From Elainellales cyanobacterium (GTDB lineage: Bacteria > Cyanobacteriota > Cyanobacteriia > Elainellales > Elainellaceae): 26,022 nt of DNA. Below are positions 1 through 9,234 of this stretch, one piece after another. Below the pieces are notes generated by a model. It saw only the letters and a program-made list of their open reading frames with translations. It searched no databases and was not told the DNA's origin. The stretch is from positions 1-26,022 of the forward strand of contig JBBQFG010000042.1 of the NCBI GenBank assembly GCA_038321765.1, given 5' to 3'. Within the stretch, counting starts at the first letter, position 1, and the number at the start of each line of letters is the position of its first letter. A program made the translations under genes and the position numbers.

Positions 1-27
1 GCCCCCCCCGCGCCCCCCCCCCCCCAC
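1..27. other. poly-C / GC homopolymer tract at the window edge (likely a contig-end or sequencing artefact)
   Basis: 'gccccccccgcgcccccccccccccac'. Confidence 0.5.
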
Positions 28-59
28 TTCCAAAAAAAGATTAGGTTTTATTTTGTACG

Positions 60-130
60 CAATCCTCAGGATTTTTTGATGGGCGGGCAAAGCCCGCGCT
101 TCAAAAAATCATTACATCAATACCACTACC
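60..130 (+). repeat. hairpin repeat family B copy B1
   Basis: 'ggattttttgatgggcgggc-aaa-gcccgcgcttcaaaaaatc' hairpin followed by 'attacatcaataccactacc'. Related copies at 8941-9017 and 24508-24577. Confidence 0.7.
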
Positions 131-223
131 AGCCATACATCAGTTCAATGTATGGCAGGATAAAATGAAAGGAATATGAAAATACAGTTTATCCGTCTGC
201 TGTGAAGCAGTTGCCGCGCTTCG

Positions 224-772
224 ATGATTGTGCCATCTAAACCCACCGTTCAATCTGTGTCTGAATCTTCTGTGTCTAAACCTGCTGGATCTGAACCCTT
301 TATCGCTAAACCTCTAATTCCTGAGGCTCTCAGCGAATTACCTTCACTCCTTAGAGCAGACGGCTCACACCTGGCTTTAAACACAGATAAGCTAACTGTC
401 ATAAACGACTCAGATGTTTTTCCTTTAAATGCTCTCAACTTGGATGCTTCCCCTCTAGACGGCTCTACTGAAAGTGCGCCCTTGGGAATAAAAACAGAGA
501 TTCAGATTTTTTTGTCCACATTCCTAACGATCTTTTTGGCAGAGATAGGGGACAAAACTCAGCTTACGATTCTACTGATGAGCGCCGAATCGCAGTCGCC
601 CTGGCTAATATTCTTGGGTGCTGGGTTGGCGCTGATTGCCACTAGTTTGTGTGGTGTGCTGTTGGGCAAATGGCTATCCACGCGGATTTCGCCCAAAGCT
701 CTAGACACCTCAGCAGGCCTATTGCTTATCTTCATCTCTGCCCTACTGATATGGGATTTCTTTCAAGGGTAA
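224..772 (+). CDS. UPF0016/GDT1(TMEM165)-family membrane protein, half-size unit 1 (putative Mn/Ca:H+ transporter half); start uncertain
   Basis: C-terminal 90 aa contain 'FLAEIGDKTQL' (the E-x-G-D-K-T/S signature of UPF0016) and about 3 hydrophobic helices. The N-terminal ~95 aa are low-complexity (S/V/E/P-rich) with no internal Met. An in-frame TTG at 482 would give a ~97 aa protein of typical half-size. Confidence 0.6.
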   Translation: MIVPSKPTVQSVSESSVSKPAGSEPFIAKPLIPEALSELPSLLRADGSHLALNTDKLTVINDSDVFPLNALNLDASPLDGSTESAPLGIKTEIQIFLSTFLTIFLAEIGDKTQLTILLMSAESQSPWLIFLGAGLALIATSLCGVLLGKWLSTRISPKALDTSAGLLLIFISALLIWDFFQG

Positions 773-783
773 TCTCAGACTGG

Positions 784-890
784 TAAGTAGATGGGCTTGA
801 TTAAACATAAAATCCTAAAACTCTGTGCCGCCCGCACAACGGGCGGCGCAGGGTTTTAGAATTTGGTTTTTATTTAGGTTGAACTACTTA
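784..890 (+). mobile_element. MITE family A copy A1
   Basis: 'TAagtagatgggcttgattaaa...ctaaaactctgtgccgcccgc-acaa-cgggcggcgcagggttttag...tatttaggttgaactactTA'. Central GC-rich hairpin, imperfect terminal inverted repeats, TA on both flanks. Lies between the two UPF0016 half-genes. Confidence 0.8.
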
Positions 891-935
891 CCACTACCCT
901 TTCCAGCAAACTAGCATACTAAGAACGAGAACAGG

Positions 936-1259
936 ATGAATTGGCACCTATTGGGATTGGCGTTTGTAACGGTATTTTTGTCAGAGCTGGGAGACAAAAG
1001 CCAACTGGCCGCGATCGCCCTGGGAGGCAGCAGCAAATCTGTCAGAGCCGTTTTTTTGGGAACAGCCGCCGCACTGGTGACAGCCAGTTTTCTGGGGGTC
1101 ATGCTGGGTGGAGTGTCGTCTCACCTACTGCCTGTTCGATGGATTAAGGCGATCGCTGCCATTGGCTTTTTAGGGATGGGGCTTCGCCTACTGCTACCTA
1201 GTCGCAGTGAGCAACTGCCTCAGCAAAACGCCGCCAGCAGCGAACTTGAGGACATCTAG
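936..1259 (+). CDS. UPF0016/GDT1-family membrane protein, half-size unit 2
   Basis: 'FLSELGDKSQLAAIAL' signature and 3 predicted TM helices. Same strand and adjacent to the first half, as in split cyanobacterial UPF0016 pairs. Confidence 0.6.
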   Translation: MNWHLLGLAFVTVFLSELGDKSQLAAIALGGSSKSVRAVFLGTAAALVTASFLGVMLGGVSSHLLPVRWIKAIAAIGFLGMGLRLLLPSRSEQLPQQNAASSELEDI

Positions 1260-1682
1260 CAGCCAGTAGAGTCCGTGCATCAGGTTCATCTCTTCTGGAA
1301 CCGCTGGCACATTAGAGAAGGCATCTAATTGCAGACCCAGTGCGCTCATCTCAGGCACCAGCGCATAGGTATAGGCCAACACAATAGCCATTAGAGCCGC
1401 GGCAAGAGCGATCGTCGTCCGGTTGTTCTCAACTATCCCACGTTGAACCAGTACCAACGTACCAGTGAAAACCAGTGCCGCACAGAGCAGCTCAAACCGA
1501 TTAAACATCCAAAACATCGAGTAGCCAGCCGTGGCAAATCCCGGCTCGTTCATCATGCCTGCTGCATACATGCCGGGCATCAAAACAAAATCTAAGGTCA
1601 AACTACTGCATAACCAGATGATGAGAGATGCAATAGCGGTTCCCTGCCAATATGATCGATTCAGTTGAGTAAAACTAATCAT
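1194..1682 (-). CDS. hypothetical integral membrane protein (162 aa, 4-5 hydrophobic segments)
   Basis: Long ORF with strongly hydrophobic segments. Its 3' end overlaps the 936-1259 gene by 66 nt on the opposite strand, so one of the two termini may be miscalled. Confidence 0.4.
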   Translation of the reverse strand: MISFTQLNRSYWQGTAIASLIIWLCSSLTLDFVLMPGMYAAGMMNEPGFATAGYSMFWMFNRFELLCAALVFTGTLVLVQRGIVENNRTTIALAAALMAIVLAYTYALVPEMSALGLQLDAFSNVPAVPEEMNLMHGLYWLLDVLKFAAGGVLLRQLLTATR

Positions 1683-1977
1683 AGATATAAGTAATTCTTA
1701 CCTCATGCTTCAGCTTACTGAATAAACCCTCAAAGCAACTGTGAACTATCGTTTCAAAAAATGGATATACGTGTAGACGTAATAGATAAAAATTTAATTA
1801 TCCGTAATGTGTACGTAAATACCCTGACTTACCCTGTGGTCAAATGGCCAAAGTTCAGTATTATCTATGTGGTACTTATCTCGTGAATCTGCTGTTCGCC
1901 TCTCAATATCCTGGATAGGGCTCTTCGGGCGTTCCTATTAATCGCCTCTGTTATTCACTTGTAATCTTTGGGTAGCC

Positions 1978-2274
1978 ATGCGTAACGATTGTTTAACGGA
2001 TTTTTATCGGGGTTGGATGATTGAGATTGTGCATCAGGGTGGCGGGTTCCAGAGCGTTTGCTACTCTCCGTCTCGGCAACGAGTAGACGACGATGTTATG
2101 TACTCTCAAGATTTCTTAGCATTGAGCGCGGGTCGGGCTCTGGTAGATTTATATCTTGCTTGCCAACAGTTCTCTGGAGTGTTGCGAGAGCTGTACGAAT
2201 CGGGGAAGCTAGATTTTGAAGAATGGCGATCGCTCACCCAGTCGATTGTTGAGGCCGTCGGGGTATCTCGCTAA
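1978..2274 (+). CDS. hypothetical protein (98 aa)
   Basis: ORF preceded by an AT-rich, promoter-like region (1683-1977). I recognise no domain. Confidence 0.35.
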   Translation: MRNDCLTDFYRGWMIEIVHQGGGFQSVCYSPSRQRVDDDVMYSQDFLALSAGRALVDLYLACQQFSGVLRELYESGKLDFEEWRSLTQSIVEAVGVSR

Positions 2275-2375
2275 TTCTTTCAGATGCCTGTAGAGCACTG
2301 GTGTTTTTAGCGAAGGTGGAATATGGTCGTTTTGCTGAGAGCGTTTCAGGGCGCTACTCTTAGCTCTGAATGTGC

Positions 2376-2516
2376 TATAGCCATAGTCATAAAGCTTAGG
2401 ACATGCCAGCGTCATTCCCGCGCAGGCGGGAATCCACCCCCGCACCTATCGAGCAGATGGATTCCCGCCTGCGCGGGAATGACAGGGGGGCGTCCTATTG
2501 ATCATGGCTACCGCTA
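2376..2516 (+). mobile_element. MITE-like family D copy D1 (double 'cattcccgc-gcag-gcgggaatg' hairpin element)
   Basis: 'TAtagccatagtcat...gtcattcccgcgcaggcgggaatcc...ggattcccgcctgcgcgggaatgac...atcatggctaccgctaTA'. Terminal inverted repeats 'tatagcCATAG...CTACCgctata' and TA flanks. Confidence 0.75.
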
Positions 2517-2623
2517 TAAGTAGGTGGGCTTAATTAAATATAAGATTCTAAAACCCTGCGCCGCCCGCTGTGCGGGCGGCGCAGGGTTTTAGAATTTGGT
2601 TTTTATTTAGGTTGAACTACTTA
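2517..2623 (+). mobile_element. MITE family A copy A2 (abuts family D copy D1)
   Basis: Canonical copy with a perfect 21-bp stem 'ctaaaaccctgcgccgcccgc-tgtg-gcgggcggcgcagggttttag'. Its left TA is shared with the right TA of D1. Confidence 0.85.
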
Positions 2624-2649
2624 CCTGAACTTTGCCTAATCGAGAGCCG

Positions 2650-4095
2650 CTATAGGTGCCGTTTAATAATTTTTCCTAAAATCGTAATTCCCCGCTCAAT
2701 CGTATCCAGGGCATAGGAAAAGTTTAAGCGCATGGCGGGATACCCCTGCTGATTTGGAAAAAAGGTTGAACCGGGTGTTACCATAATTTTTTCCGTAGCT
2801 GCTTCACCGCAAACCAACTGCATAGGTAATCCATCTGGCAATTTCACCCAGAGAAACAACCCCCCTTCAGGCATTGTCCAGCTTGCCTCCTCTGGGAAAT
2901 GCTGCTCCAACAAATTCAGCATGGCATTTCGACCCAGAAGATTGCGGCTGCGTAACTGGGTCATATGCCGCCGATAGTATCCCGATGCCAAAAACTCGCT
3001 GACTACAGACTGAGCCGCCGTAGACGTGCCCAAATCCTGAAGCAGCTTGCGCTCTAGCAAACGCGAATAGTCTTGCCCAGTGACGACCAAGTAGCCTACC
3101 CGCAACCCCGGCATCAGGGTTTTGGAAAATGTGCCTACGTAAATTACTCGATCCGACTGGTCTAGAGCTTTAAGCGGCGGTGGCACTGCTGCAAAATTTA
3201 AACCTTCATAGGCGTTGTCTTCCAATACCCGGCAGTTATATTGAGTTGCCAATTCTAAAAACTGCTGACGATGAGCCTGTGATGTGGTTAAACCTGTAGG
3301 GTTACGCAATGTGCTGATGGTGTAAATCAATCGAGGACGGTGGCTGTGGAGATACTGTGCCAATAGATCCAGGTTGATGCCCTCATTAGTCATGGGAATG
3401 CCAATCACTCTGGCTCCCAATTTTTGCAGAATTGCCAGTGCTCCGTGATAAGTAGGATTTTCTACAATCACCCAATCTCCTGGCTGCACGCAATGATTCA
3501 TTACCAACGACAACCCCTGCATGGAACCGTTGGTAATGATCAGATCGTCGGGTGAAATATCCAACCCTTGCTGAATTAGCAGTTGAACAATCTGTTTTCG
3601 CAGAGGCAATTGTCCTTGGGGCAAGGCATAGTTAAACATTGTTTCGTCTACGTGTCGCAGAGCGCGCCGAGCAATGCGCTGGAGCATATCTGCATCGGAA
3701 AGGTAGGGAAAGCCTGAGCTAAAAACACTAATTTCACCTTGATGATGAGCCTGCACGGATGCCATGTAGATGTCGAAGTAAGACATCTCACCCTGTTCGG
3801 GGATCACCACTTCTTGGTGCGGTGCAAACTTGGATGTACCTTGAACTGACGGTGTTAAGGGGCTACTGACAAAGTAGCCTGACCCAGCACGAGCATAAAT
3901 TAACCCGTCTGCCTCCAATACGCCATAGGCTTCGATGACGGTGAGTTTATTGACCCGCGCTTCTTCTGCCAAGGTGCGAATGGAAGGCAGGCGATCGCCC
4001 GGTTGCAATGTTCCCGAGTGAATCAGTCTGCTGATGCGATCGCGGATTTGGCGGTATACGGGTTCAGGCGATCGCCGATCGAGAGGAATTTTCAC
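2650..4095 (-). CDS. MocR/PdxR-like transcriptional regulator (GntR HTH + PLP-dependent aminotransferase fold)
   Basis: The N-terminus 'PVYRQIRDRISRLIHSGTLQPGDRLPSIRTLAEEARVNKLTVIEAYGVLEADGLI' is a GntR-type winged HTH. The C-terminus is aminotransferase class I/II-like, with 'TFSKTLMPGLRVGYLV' carrying the PLP lysine. Annotated from a GTG start. Confidence 0.85.
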   Translation of the reverse strand: MKIPLDRRSPEPVYRQIRDRISRLIHSGTLQPGDRLPSIRTLAEEARVNKLTVIEAYGVLEADGLIYARAGSGYFVSSPLTPSVQGTSKFAPHQEVVIPEQGEMSYFDIYMASVQAHHQGEISVFSSGFPYLSDADMLQRIARRALRHVDETMFNYALPQGQLPLRKQIVQLLIQQGLDISPDDLIITNGSMQGLSLVMNHCVQPGDWVIVENPTYHGALAILQKLGARVIGIPMTNEGINLDLLAQYLHSHRPRLIYTISTLRNPTGLTTSQAHRQQFLELATQYNCRVLEDNAYEGLNFAAVPPPLKALDQSDRVIYVGTFSKTLMPGLRVGYLVVTGQDYSRLLERKLLQDLGTSTAAQSVVSEFLASGYYRRHMTQLRSRNLLGRNAMLNLLEQHFPEEASWTMPEGGLFLWVKLPDGLPMQLVCGEAATEKIMVTPGSTFFPNQQGYPAMRLNFSYALDTIERGITILGKIIKRHL

Positions 4096-4119
4096 GCCAG
4101 CCTCAAGCAGTAGCTTCGT

Positions 4120-4240
4120 TAAGTAGGTGGGCTTAAGTAGGTGGGCTTAAGTAAATATAAGATCCTAAAACCCTGCGCCGCCCGCGCAGCGGGCGGCGCA
4201 GGGTTTTAGGATTTGGTTTTTATTTAGGTTGAACTACTTA
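4120..4240 (+). mobile_element. MITE family A copy A3 with 14-bp tandem duplication of its left end
   Basis: 'taagtaggtgggct' occurs twice in tandem (4120-4147) before the canonical hairpin (loop 'gcag'). Lies 25 bp upstream of the MocR-like start. Confidence 0.85.
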
Positions 4241-4418
4241 CCAGCACTATAAAAGATTTCCTCAGAGTTTACCCGGTACAATTTTCAACAAAATAGGTAG
4301 AACAGTTAAAACTCTACAAAACTGTACCAGTTGAAGTCAAAAAAACCGTACCTTCTCGTTTCTCTTGCAATTGGCAATAGTGGGAATGTAACTGCATTCA
4401 ACTCACTTTATACTCGCC

Positions 4419-4700
4419 ATGAAAGCATCTGTTTCGACTCCTCAAAATCTACCCAACAGCTTGCCAGAGTCATGCATTTCGGACGTTAATCGACCCGCCT
4501 TCAATCTCTTTGCTCCAGTCAGTAAAGTACTAGAAAAGCTATTAAATTTTTTGGGCGGAAATACGGAGATCAAAATTTCACAGGCTCTTGACTCAACTGG
4601 TCAAATCGTCTGGTATGTATACGATCCATCCACTAACTCAAACCTGGCTTTTAACTCAGAAACCAGCGTGCGGATCTGGCTAGAGCAACGGTACCGATGA
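4419..4700 (+). CDS. hypothetical small protein (93 aa)
   Basis: ORF only; no recognisable motif. Confidence 0.3.
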   Translation: MKASVSTPQNLPNSLPESCISDVNRPAFNLFAPVSKVLEKLLNFLGGNTEIKISQALDSTGQIVWYVYDPSTNSNLAFNSETSVRIWLEQRYR

Positions 4701-4717
4701 GATGAAAGGGGTAGTAG

Positions 4718-5881
4718 CTAAGGCGACACAATTTCTGTGACGATTCTACCGCCGCTCATCACAACTGTTTGATTTTCGAGCTTGCCAAATGCTCTAGGTC
4801 CAGTAATGTGGACGGCTGGATCGGCCTGACGGTAGTCCACATTGCCTTCTGATAAGACTTCGCGGGTAGCAATGTTCCACCGAAGCTGATCCGATCGCAG
4901 TTGAGATTGGTTACGCTGCCCCGTGGCTCGCACACTGCCTACCAGAAAAGCTGTACGCTTTTGTAAATCAAACTGCCCTTGGTTGGCCGTCAGGAGAATT
5001 TTATCTTGACGTTGGACAACGGTTACAGGCTGGTCGGTGCTCAGTAATTCTTGGTTAGGATTCCAGTTCAAGACGTTACTGGTAATTTGCAGAGGTGGAT
5101 CTGAGGTGACGATTTGAGCATCTTGACGCAGAGTAACAAGCTTCGTTTTCAGATTGAGTTCTGCCTGATTACCCGTAGCTATATCAGTGACACGCTTATT
5201 TTTGAAGCGGCTCACCTCAATCGGCACATCGCTCAAAATTTTCTCATCTTTCATTTGCCAGACCAGCTTGTCTGATTTAACCTGTAGAGCTGGATCAGCT
5301 ATCATGGCGACAACTTTACCGCGCAGTTCCATGCGATTCTGCTTGTTGTAAAGTCGGGCTTCATTCGCCGCCATTTGAATTTGAGGATGTTTACCTTTTA
5401 CGTTTCGGCTGACGATTAAAACAGAGGTTTTGGGTGTCCATTCCATCTGTTCGCTCGTCAGCACGGCTTTATTCTCTAAGTCGGTAACTACGACTTTGCC
5501 CCGCAGAATAATTCTTTCGCCGTTTTGTTTAACTTCTCCGGTTTGAGCTTTTACCCGATAAATGGCTTTGCCATCTTGATACAAATCCCCATCGGGAGAC
5601 TTTACCAGAGCAATTTGTTTATCTTCACTGTAGGTAGCTTGAGTTGCTTTTACCTTCCACAGTAGTTTCCCCTGCTCGTCTGCTTGTTCGAGGGTGATGT
5701 TGTCAAAGGATAGGTTGCTGTCAAGCTGCTGAATCTCAGAACTATTTTTCGCTAACTGTTCTGAGGCTCGGCTACCACTTCTTTGACACCCGGCTGAGGT
5801 GATCACAAGAGCGATCGCCAATAGTAAAGCCATTGACGGGCGAGGTCGCAAATTCAGATTAGAGTTCATCAACATCGGCAC
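4718..5881 (-). CDS. LptC/OstA-N-like repeat lipoprotein (periplasmic LPS-transport-like beta-jellyroll)
   Basis: Signal peptide with lipobox 'LVITSAGC'. Repeated OstA/LptC-like segments ('LRGKVVV...', 'ELRGKVVAM...', 'LLTANQGQFDLQKRTAFLVGSV'). Confidence 0.55.
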   Translation of the reverse strand: MPMLMNSNLNLRPRPSMALLLAIALVITSAGCQRSGSRASEQLAKNSSEIQQLDSNLSFDNITLEQADEQGKLLWKVKATQATYSEDKQIALVKSPDGDLYQDGKAIYRVKAQTGEVKQNGERIILRGKVVVTDLENKAVLTSEQMEWTPKTSVLIVSRNVKGKHPQIQMAANEARLYNKQNRMELRGKVVAMIADPALQVKSDKLVWQMKDEKILSDVPIEVSRFKNKRVTDIATGNQAELNLKTKLVTLRQDAQIVTSDPPLQITSNVLNWNPNQELLSTDQPVTVVQRQDKILLTANQGQFDLQKRTAFLVGSVRATGQRNQSQLRSDQLRWNIATREVLSEGNVDYRQADPAVHITGPRAFGKLENQTVVMSGGRIVTEIVSP

Positions 5882-5980
5882 CTTTGCAGCACAGCTTTTA
5901 GCTTAGACGAAGGACGTAGGCAATGACTGCTAGCATGGGTCAGTTTTTGCAACTGGATGCTACTGGGTTTCCAACGCTGA

Positions 5981-6087
5981 TAAGTAGTTCAACCTAAATA
6001 AAAACAAGATTCTAAAAGTCTGTGCCGCCCGCTGCGCCGGCGGCGCAGACTTTTAGGGTTTTATGTTTAATTACTCCCACCTATTTA
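5981..6087 (-). mobile_element. MITE family A copy A4 (inverted; variant stem gtct/agac)
   Basis: Reverse orientation 'TAagtagttcaacctaaataaaaac...aaaagtctgtgccgcccgc-tgcgcc-ggcggcgcagactttt...cccacctattta'. Confidence 0.8.
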
Positions 6088-6172
6088 CGTCCGTAAGAAT
6101 CTGCAAAAGAAATGGCCGTGGGCATAACCCACGACCATTTCTTTTGTCTTAACCTAATTGGCGATCGCTCGA

Positions 6173-6778
6173 TTAGTCATGATCCGAGTCATCTGCCAGC
6201 CCAATGCTCGACAGTGGGCGGTACGTGTAGTTCTGGCGAGGAGTTTTTTGAATATCTTCCTTGATCATATCTAAATCAATGTAGCGATCGGAAACATTGA
6301 TCAAGCTATCGCTAGTCATTGAGCGCAGGCTAACTACCTCAACCCGCACCCCTCGATAGCTAACGGCATCTACTGCATAGGCAAGGTCGCCATCGCCACT
6401 GACCAACACAGCGGTGTCGTAAGATCCAACCAGTGCCATCATGTCTACAGCAATTTCGACATCCAGGTTGGCTTTCTTGGAACCGTCGGGTAGCTGCACC
6501 AAATCCTTTGAAATCACGCGATACCCGTTACGCCGCATCCACAGCAAAAATCCCTGCTGCTTTTCGTTGGCTCGATCCACTCCGGTGTAAAAAAATGAAC
6601 GCAACAGCCGAGAGCCAGAGGTTAAACGACAGAGCAACTTGGTGTAGTCAATTTCTATCCCTAGCTGCAATGCCGCATAAAATAAATTTGACCCGTCGAT
6701 AAAAATAGCGACCCGACCCCGATTTTCAAGCACCTGTTCAGGCGTGAACAGGGCATCATTATCCATTTGGTTAAACAT
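6173..6778 (-). CDS. NYN-domain (LabA/YacP-like) protein
   Basis: 'RVAIFIDGSNLFYAA' ... 'DVEIAVDMMAL' ... 'VLVSGDGDLAYAV' is the typical NYN/LabA nuclease-fold signature. Confidence 0.8.
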   Translation of the reverse strand: MFNQMDNDALFTPEQVLENRGRVAIFIDGSNLFYAALQLGIEIDYTKLLCRLTSGSRLLRSFFYTGVDRANEKQQGFLLWMRRNGYRVISKDLVQLPDGSKKANLDVEIAVDMMALVGSYDTAVLVSGDGDLAYAVDAVSYRGVRVEVVSLRSMTSDSLINVSDRYIDLDMIKEDIQKTPRQNYTYRPLSSIGLADDSDHD

Positions 6779-6915
6779 TTTTATCCTTTAGTTATTTGAA
6801 GTTGATATGAAAGAGAGGTTACCCCACTAATGGCGTAGGGTAATGTGACAGGACAGAAGGCACTTTCTACGATGGAGAGGGCTAACCGTAGAGAGAGCAA
6901 AGAGCAAGACGCTAG

Positions 6916-8508
6916 TCAGGAAGGAGGTTCTAGACGCTGAAAAATCGGCTGGGGATCGTTCAACATCTGATTAGCAGGCAGCACGCCCCAACCTACATGC
7001 TGCGAGAACGGCGCTGCAACCCCGATATCGTGTCGGTTGAAATCTACTTCAAACCCCAACTGTTGATAGATTTGGTTGCTGAGGTTGGGAATTATGGGTG
7101 ACAGCAGATAGGCCGCCAGCCGCACCGTTTCTAATACGGTGTAAAGAATCTGCTCAACCGCCGCCTGATTGCCTTGTTTATACTGCGTCCAGGGAGCTTG
7201 GTCGTCAATGTACTTATTACTGGCACGCACCACAGCGAGGACGGCCTCACACGCTTCACTAAACGCGAGCGACCCGTAAGCCTGAGACACTAAACTGCCC
7301 AGCACAATGCCCTTTGATTTGAGCACATCGTCAGCAGGAATAGCATCCTCCAGAAGGGTAGGAACACGGCGATCGCAGTACTTATGTGCCATTTTTAGCG
7401 TGCGGTTGAGCAAGTTACCCAAGTCGTTAGCCAAATCTGCATTCAAAATATTGACGAAACGGGTTTCGTTAAAATCGCCATCGCGCCCAAACTCAATTTC
7501 CTTTAAGAAGTAGTACCGTACCGCATCAGACTGATAGCGGCTCACCAGGTCAAAGGGATCAATGACATTGCCCAAGCTTTTGCCCATTTTTTGCCCGTCT
7601 TTGGTCAAAAATCCGTGACCAAAGACCTGCCCTGGCAGTGGCATATCTGCCGACATCAGCATAGCTGGCCAATACACCGCATGAAACCGCAAAATATCTT
7701 TGCCAATTAGGTGTAAGCTGGCGGGCCACCAAGCCGCTAGCGCATTCTCTAAGGTTGGTTCTTGGTCAGGCTCTAGAGCTGCCGTAACGTAATTGAGTAG
7801 CGCATCAAACCAGACATAAATAGTGTGGCTGGAGTTAACTGGCAGAGGGATACCCCACTCCAAGTTGACACGAGAAATGGAGAAGTCTTGCAGCCCTTGG
7901 CTGACAAAACTCAGCACTTCATTGCGGCGACTTTCAGGCTGAATAAAATTGGGCTGATCTTGGTAAAGCTGCTCCAGCTTACTTTGATACTTAGACAGAC
8001 GAAAGAAGTAATTCTGCTCGTCGCGCCATTCGACTGGTTTATTGGGATGAAGGGGACAGCGCTTTTCGGATAGCAGTTCTCGTTCTTCTTTAAATTCTTC
8101 ACAGGAGACGCAGTACCAACCCTGCTGCTGACCCATGTAAATATCGCCCCGATCCCACACCCGCTGAAAAAATTCGCGCACGATCGCCTCATGCCGGGGC
8201 GACGTGGTGCGAATAAAGCGATCGTACTGAATATTAAGCTTGTCCCAAAGCGACTGAAACCCAGCCGCAATCTGGTCGCAATGCTCTTGGGGCGATCGCC
8301 CTAAACTTTCAGCCGTCCGCTGAATTTTCTGGCCGTGCTCGTCGGTGCCTGTCACCATCAAAACAGCGCGGCCTTGCAGTTTATAAAACCGCGCAATTAC
8401 ATCAGCAGCAATAGTTGTATAAGCGCTACCAATATGGGGTAAATCATTTACATAGTAAATCGGCGTTGTAACTACAAATTTACTCTTCTCTTTAGCGGCA
8501 AAGGTCAT
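6916..8508 (-). CDS. metG: methionyl-tRNA synthetase
   Basis: HIGH motif 'PHIGSAYT', KMSKS motif 'KMGKSLGN', and a zinc knuckle 'CVSCEEF...CPLH'. Length 530 aa. Confidence 0.9.
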   Translation of the reverse strand: MTFAAKEKSKFVVTTPIYYVNDLPHIGSAYTTIAADVIARFYKLQGRAVLMVTGTDEHGQKIQRTAESLGRSPQEHCDQIAAGFQSLWDKLNIQYDRFIRTTSPRHEAIVREFFQRVWDRGDIYMGQQQGWYCVSCEEFKEERELLSEKRCPLHPNKPVEWRDEQNYFFRLSKYQSKLEQLYQDQPNFIQPESRRNEVLSFVSQGLQDFSISRVNLEWGIPLPVNSSHTIYVWFDALLNYVTAALEPDQEPTLENALAAWWPASLHLIGKDILRFHAVYWPAMLMSADMPLPGQVFGHGFLTKDGQKMGKSLGNVIDPFDLVSRYQSDAVRYYFLKEIEFGRDGDFNETRFVNILNADLANDLGNLLNRTLKMAHKYCDRRVPTLLEDAIPADDVLKSKGIVLGSLVSQAYGSLAFSEACEAVLAVVRASNKYIDDQAPWTQYKQGNQAAVEQILYTVLETVRLAAYLLSPIIPNLSNQIYQQLGFEVDFNRHDIGVAAPFSQHVGWGVLPANQMLNDPQPIFQRLEPPS

Positions 8509-8940
8509 AAACGTCTAATCAAAAATTCCTCAAAATTATCCCAAACAAGTCGCTTGGGTAAACGAGGCGAAACTGAAACTTCGCTTAATTACATTAATCT
8601 AACCCCACACTGCAAATCCAGGGAATAAAACCTGATTTGTTACAGAATTGGGATTTCACGTTACCTTCTTTTATCAGTTTGTAAAACTTTTGTTATTTTG
8701 TCTGGCGTGTAAAAATAGTCTTGGCCATCCTACCCTGGCACTATGTGTTTCCTTATGCTGCTTTAGCAATTGATTGCAACCCTCACCTTCAACTAAAAGA
8801 GTTCCCTCTTACGATGAATGGATAATTCTGCCTACTAAAGGTGCCGATTACTAATCAACTATTGCTTAAGTTCAATTCTAACCAAAACAGTTTTAGAAAA
8901 AGATGCACAAATCTAATCAGACTCATAATCAAACTCGTAT

Positions 8941-9017
8941 AGTCCTAAATTGGTAAGGATTTTCTGATGGGCGAAGCCCGCCCATCAAAAAATCCTTACA
9001 TCAATACCACTACCCAA
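8941..9017 (+). repeat. hairpin repeat family B copy B2
   Basis: 'agtcctaaattggtaaggattttctgatgggcg-aag-cccgcccatcaaaaaatccttacatcaataccactaccc'. Confidence 0.75.
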
Positions 9018-9039
9018 ACTCGCATCAATAGCACATAAG

Positions 9040-9106
9040 CCTTGGGGTGATGTTGCAAGTGTAGAGCGACTGCAACACCATTCAGCCTTCTTGATTTTTT
9101 GTGTGG
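9040..9106 (+). repeat. family C copy C3 (degenerate, directly abutting A5)
   Basis: 'ggtgatgttgcaagtg-tagagcgac-tgcaacaccattcagccttcttgattttttgtgtgg'. Resembles C2, but the stem is partly decayed. Confidence 0.5.
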
Positions 9107-9213
9107 TAAGTAGGTGGGCTTAATTAAATATAAGATTCTAAAACCCTGCGCCGCCCGCTGTGCGGGCGGCGCAGGGTTTTAGAATTTGGTTTTTATTTAG
9201 GTTGAACTACTTA
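9107..9213 (+). mobile_element. MITE family A copy A5
   Basis: Near-identical to A2. Ends 21 nt before the ybaK ATG. Confidence 0.85.
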
Positions 9214-9234
9214 TGCGTAAATTCTATTTTTGTT

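Noticed and set aside
136-500. yybP-ykoY (Mn) riboswitch upstream of the UPF0016 transporter
   Set aside because: I searched by eye for the conserved GGAGAGUAG and UUGCA/GAGACC-type boxes and did not find them. Only an Rfam scan could settle this.
1683-1977. NtcA-type GTA-N8-TAC sites in the AT-rich divergent promoter region, and in 4241-4418
   Set aside because: GTA...TAC pairs are present, but the spacings are 5, 6 or 11 nt. None has the canonical N8 spacing.
2209-2523. ORFs 2209-2445(-) and 2323-2523(+) both translating to '...IPACAGMT...'
   Set aside because: They lie entirely within the palindromic family D element and the adjacent MITE. The mirrored peptide is an artefact of translating an inverted repeat on both strands.
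8509-8940. Possible tRNA or small RNA gene in the long metG upstream spacer
   Set aside because: I found no T-loop or acceptor-stem pattern by eye. A tRNAscan or Infernal run would be needed to exclude one.
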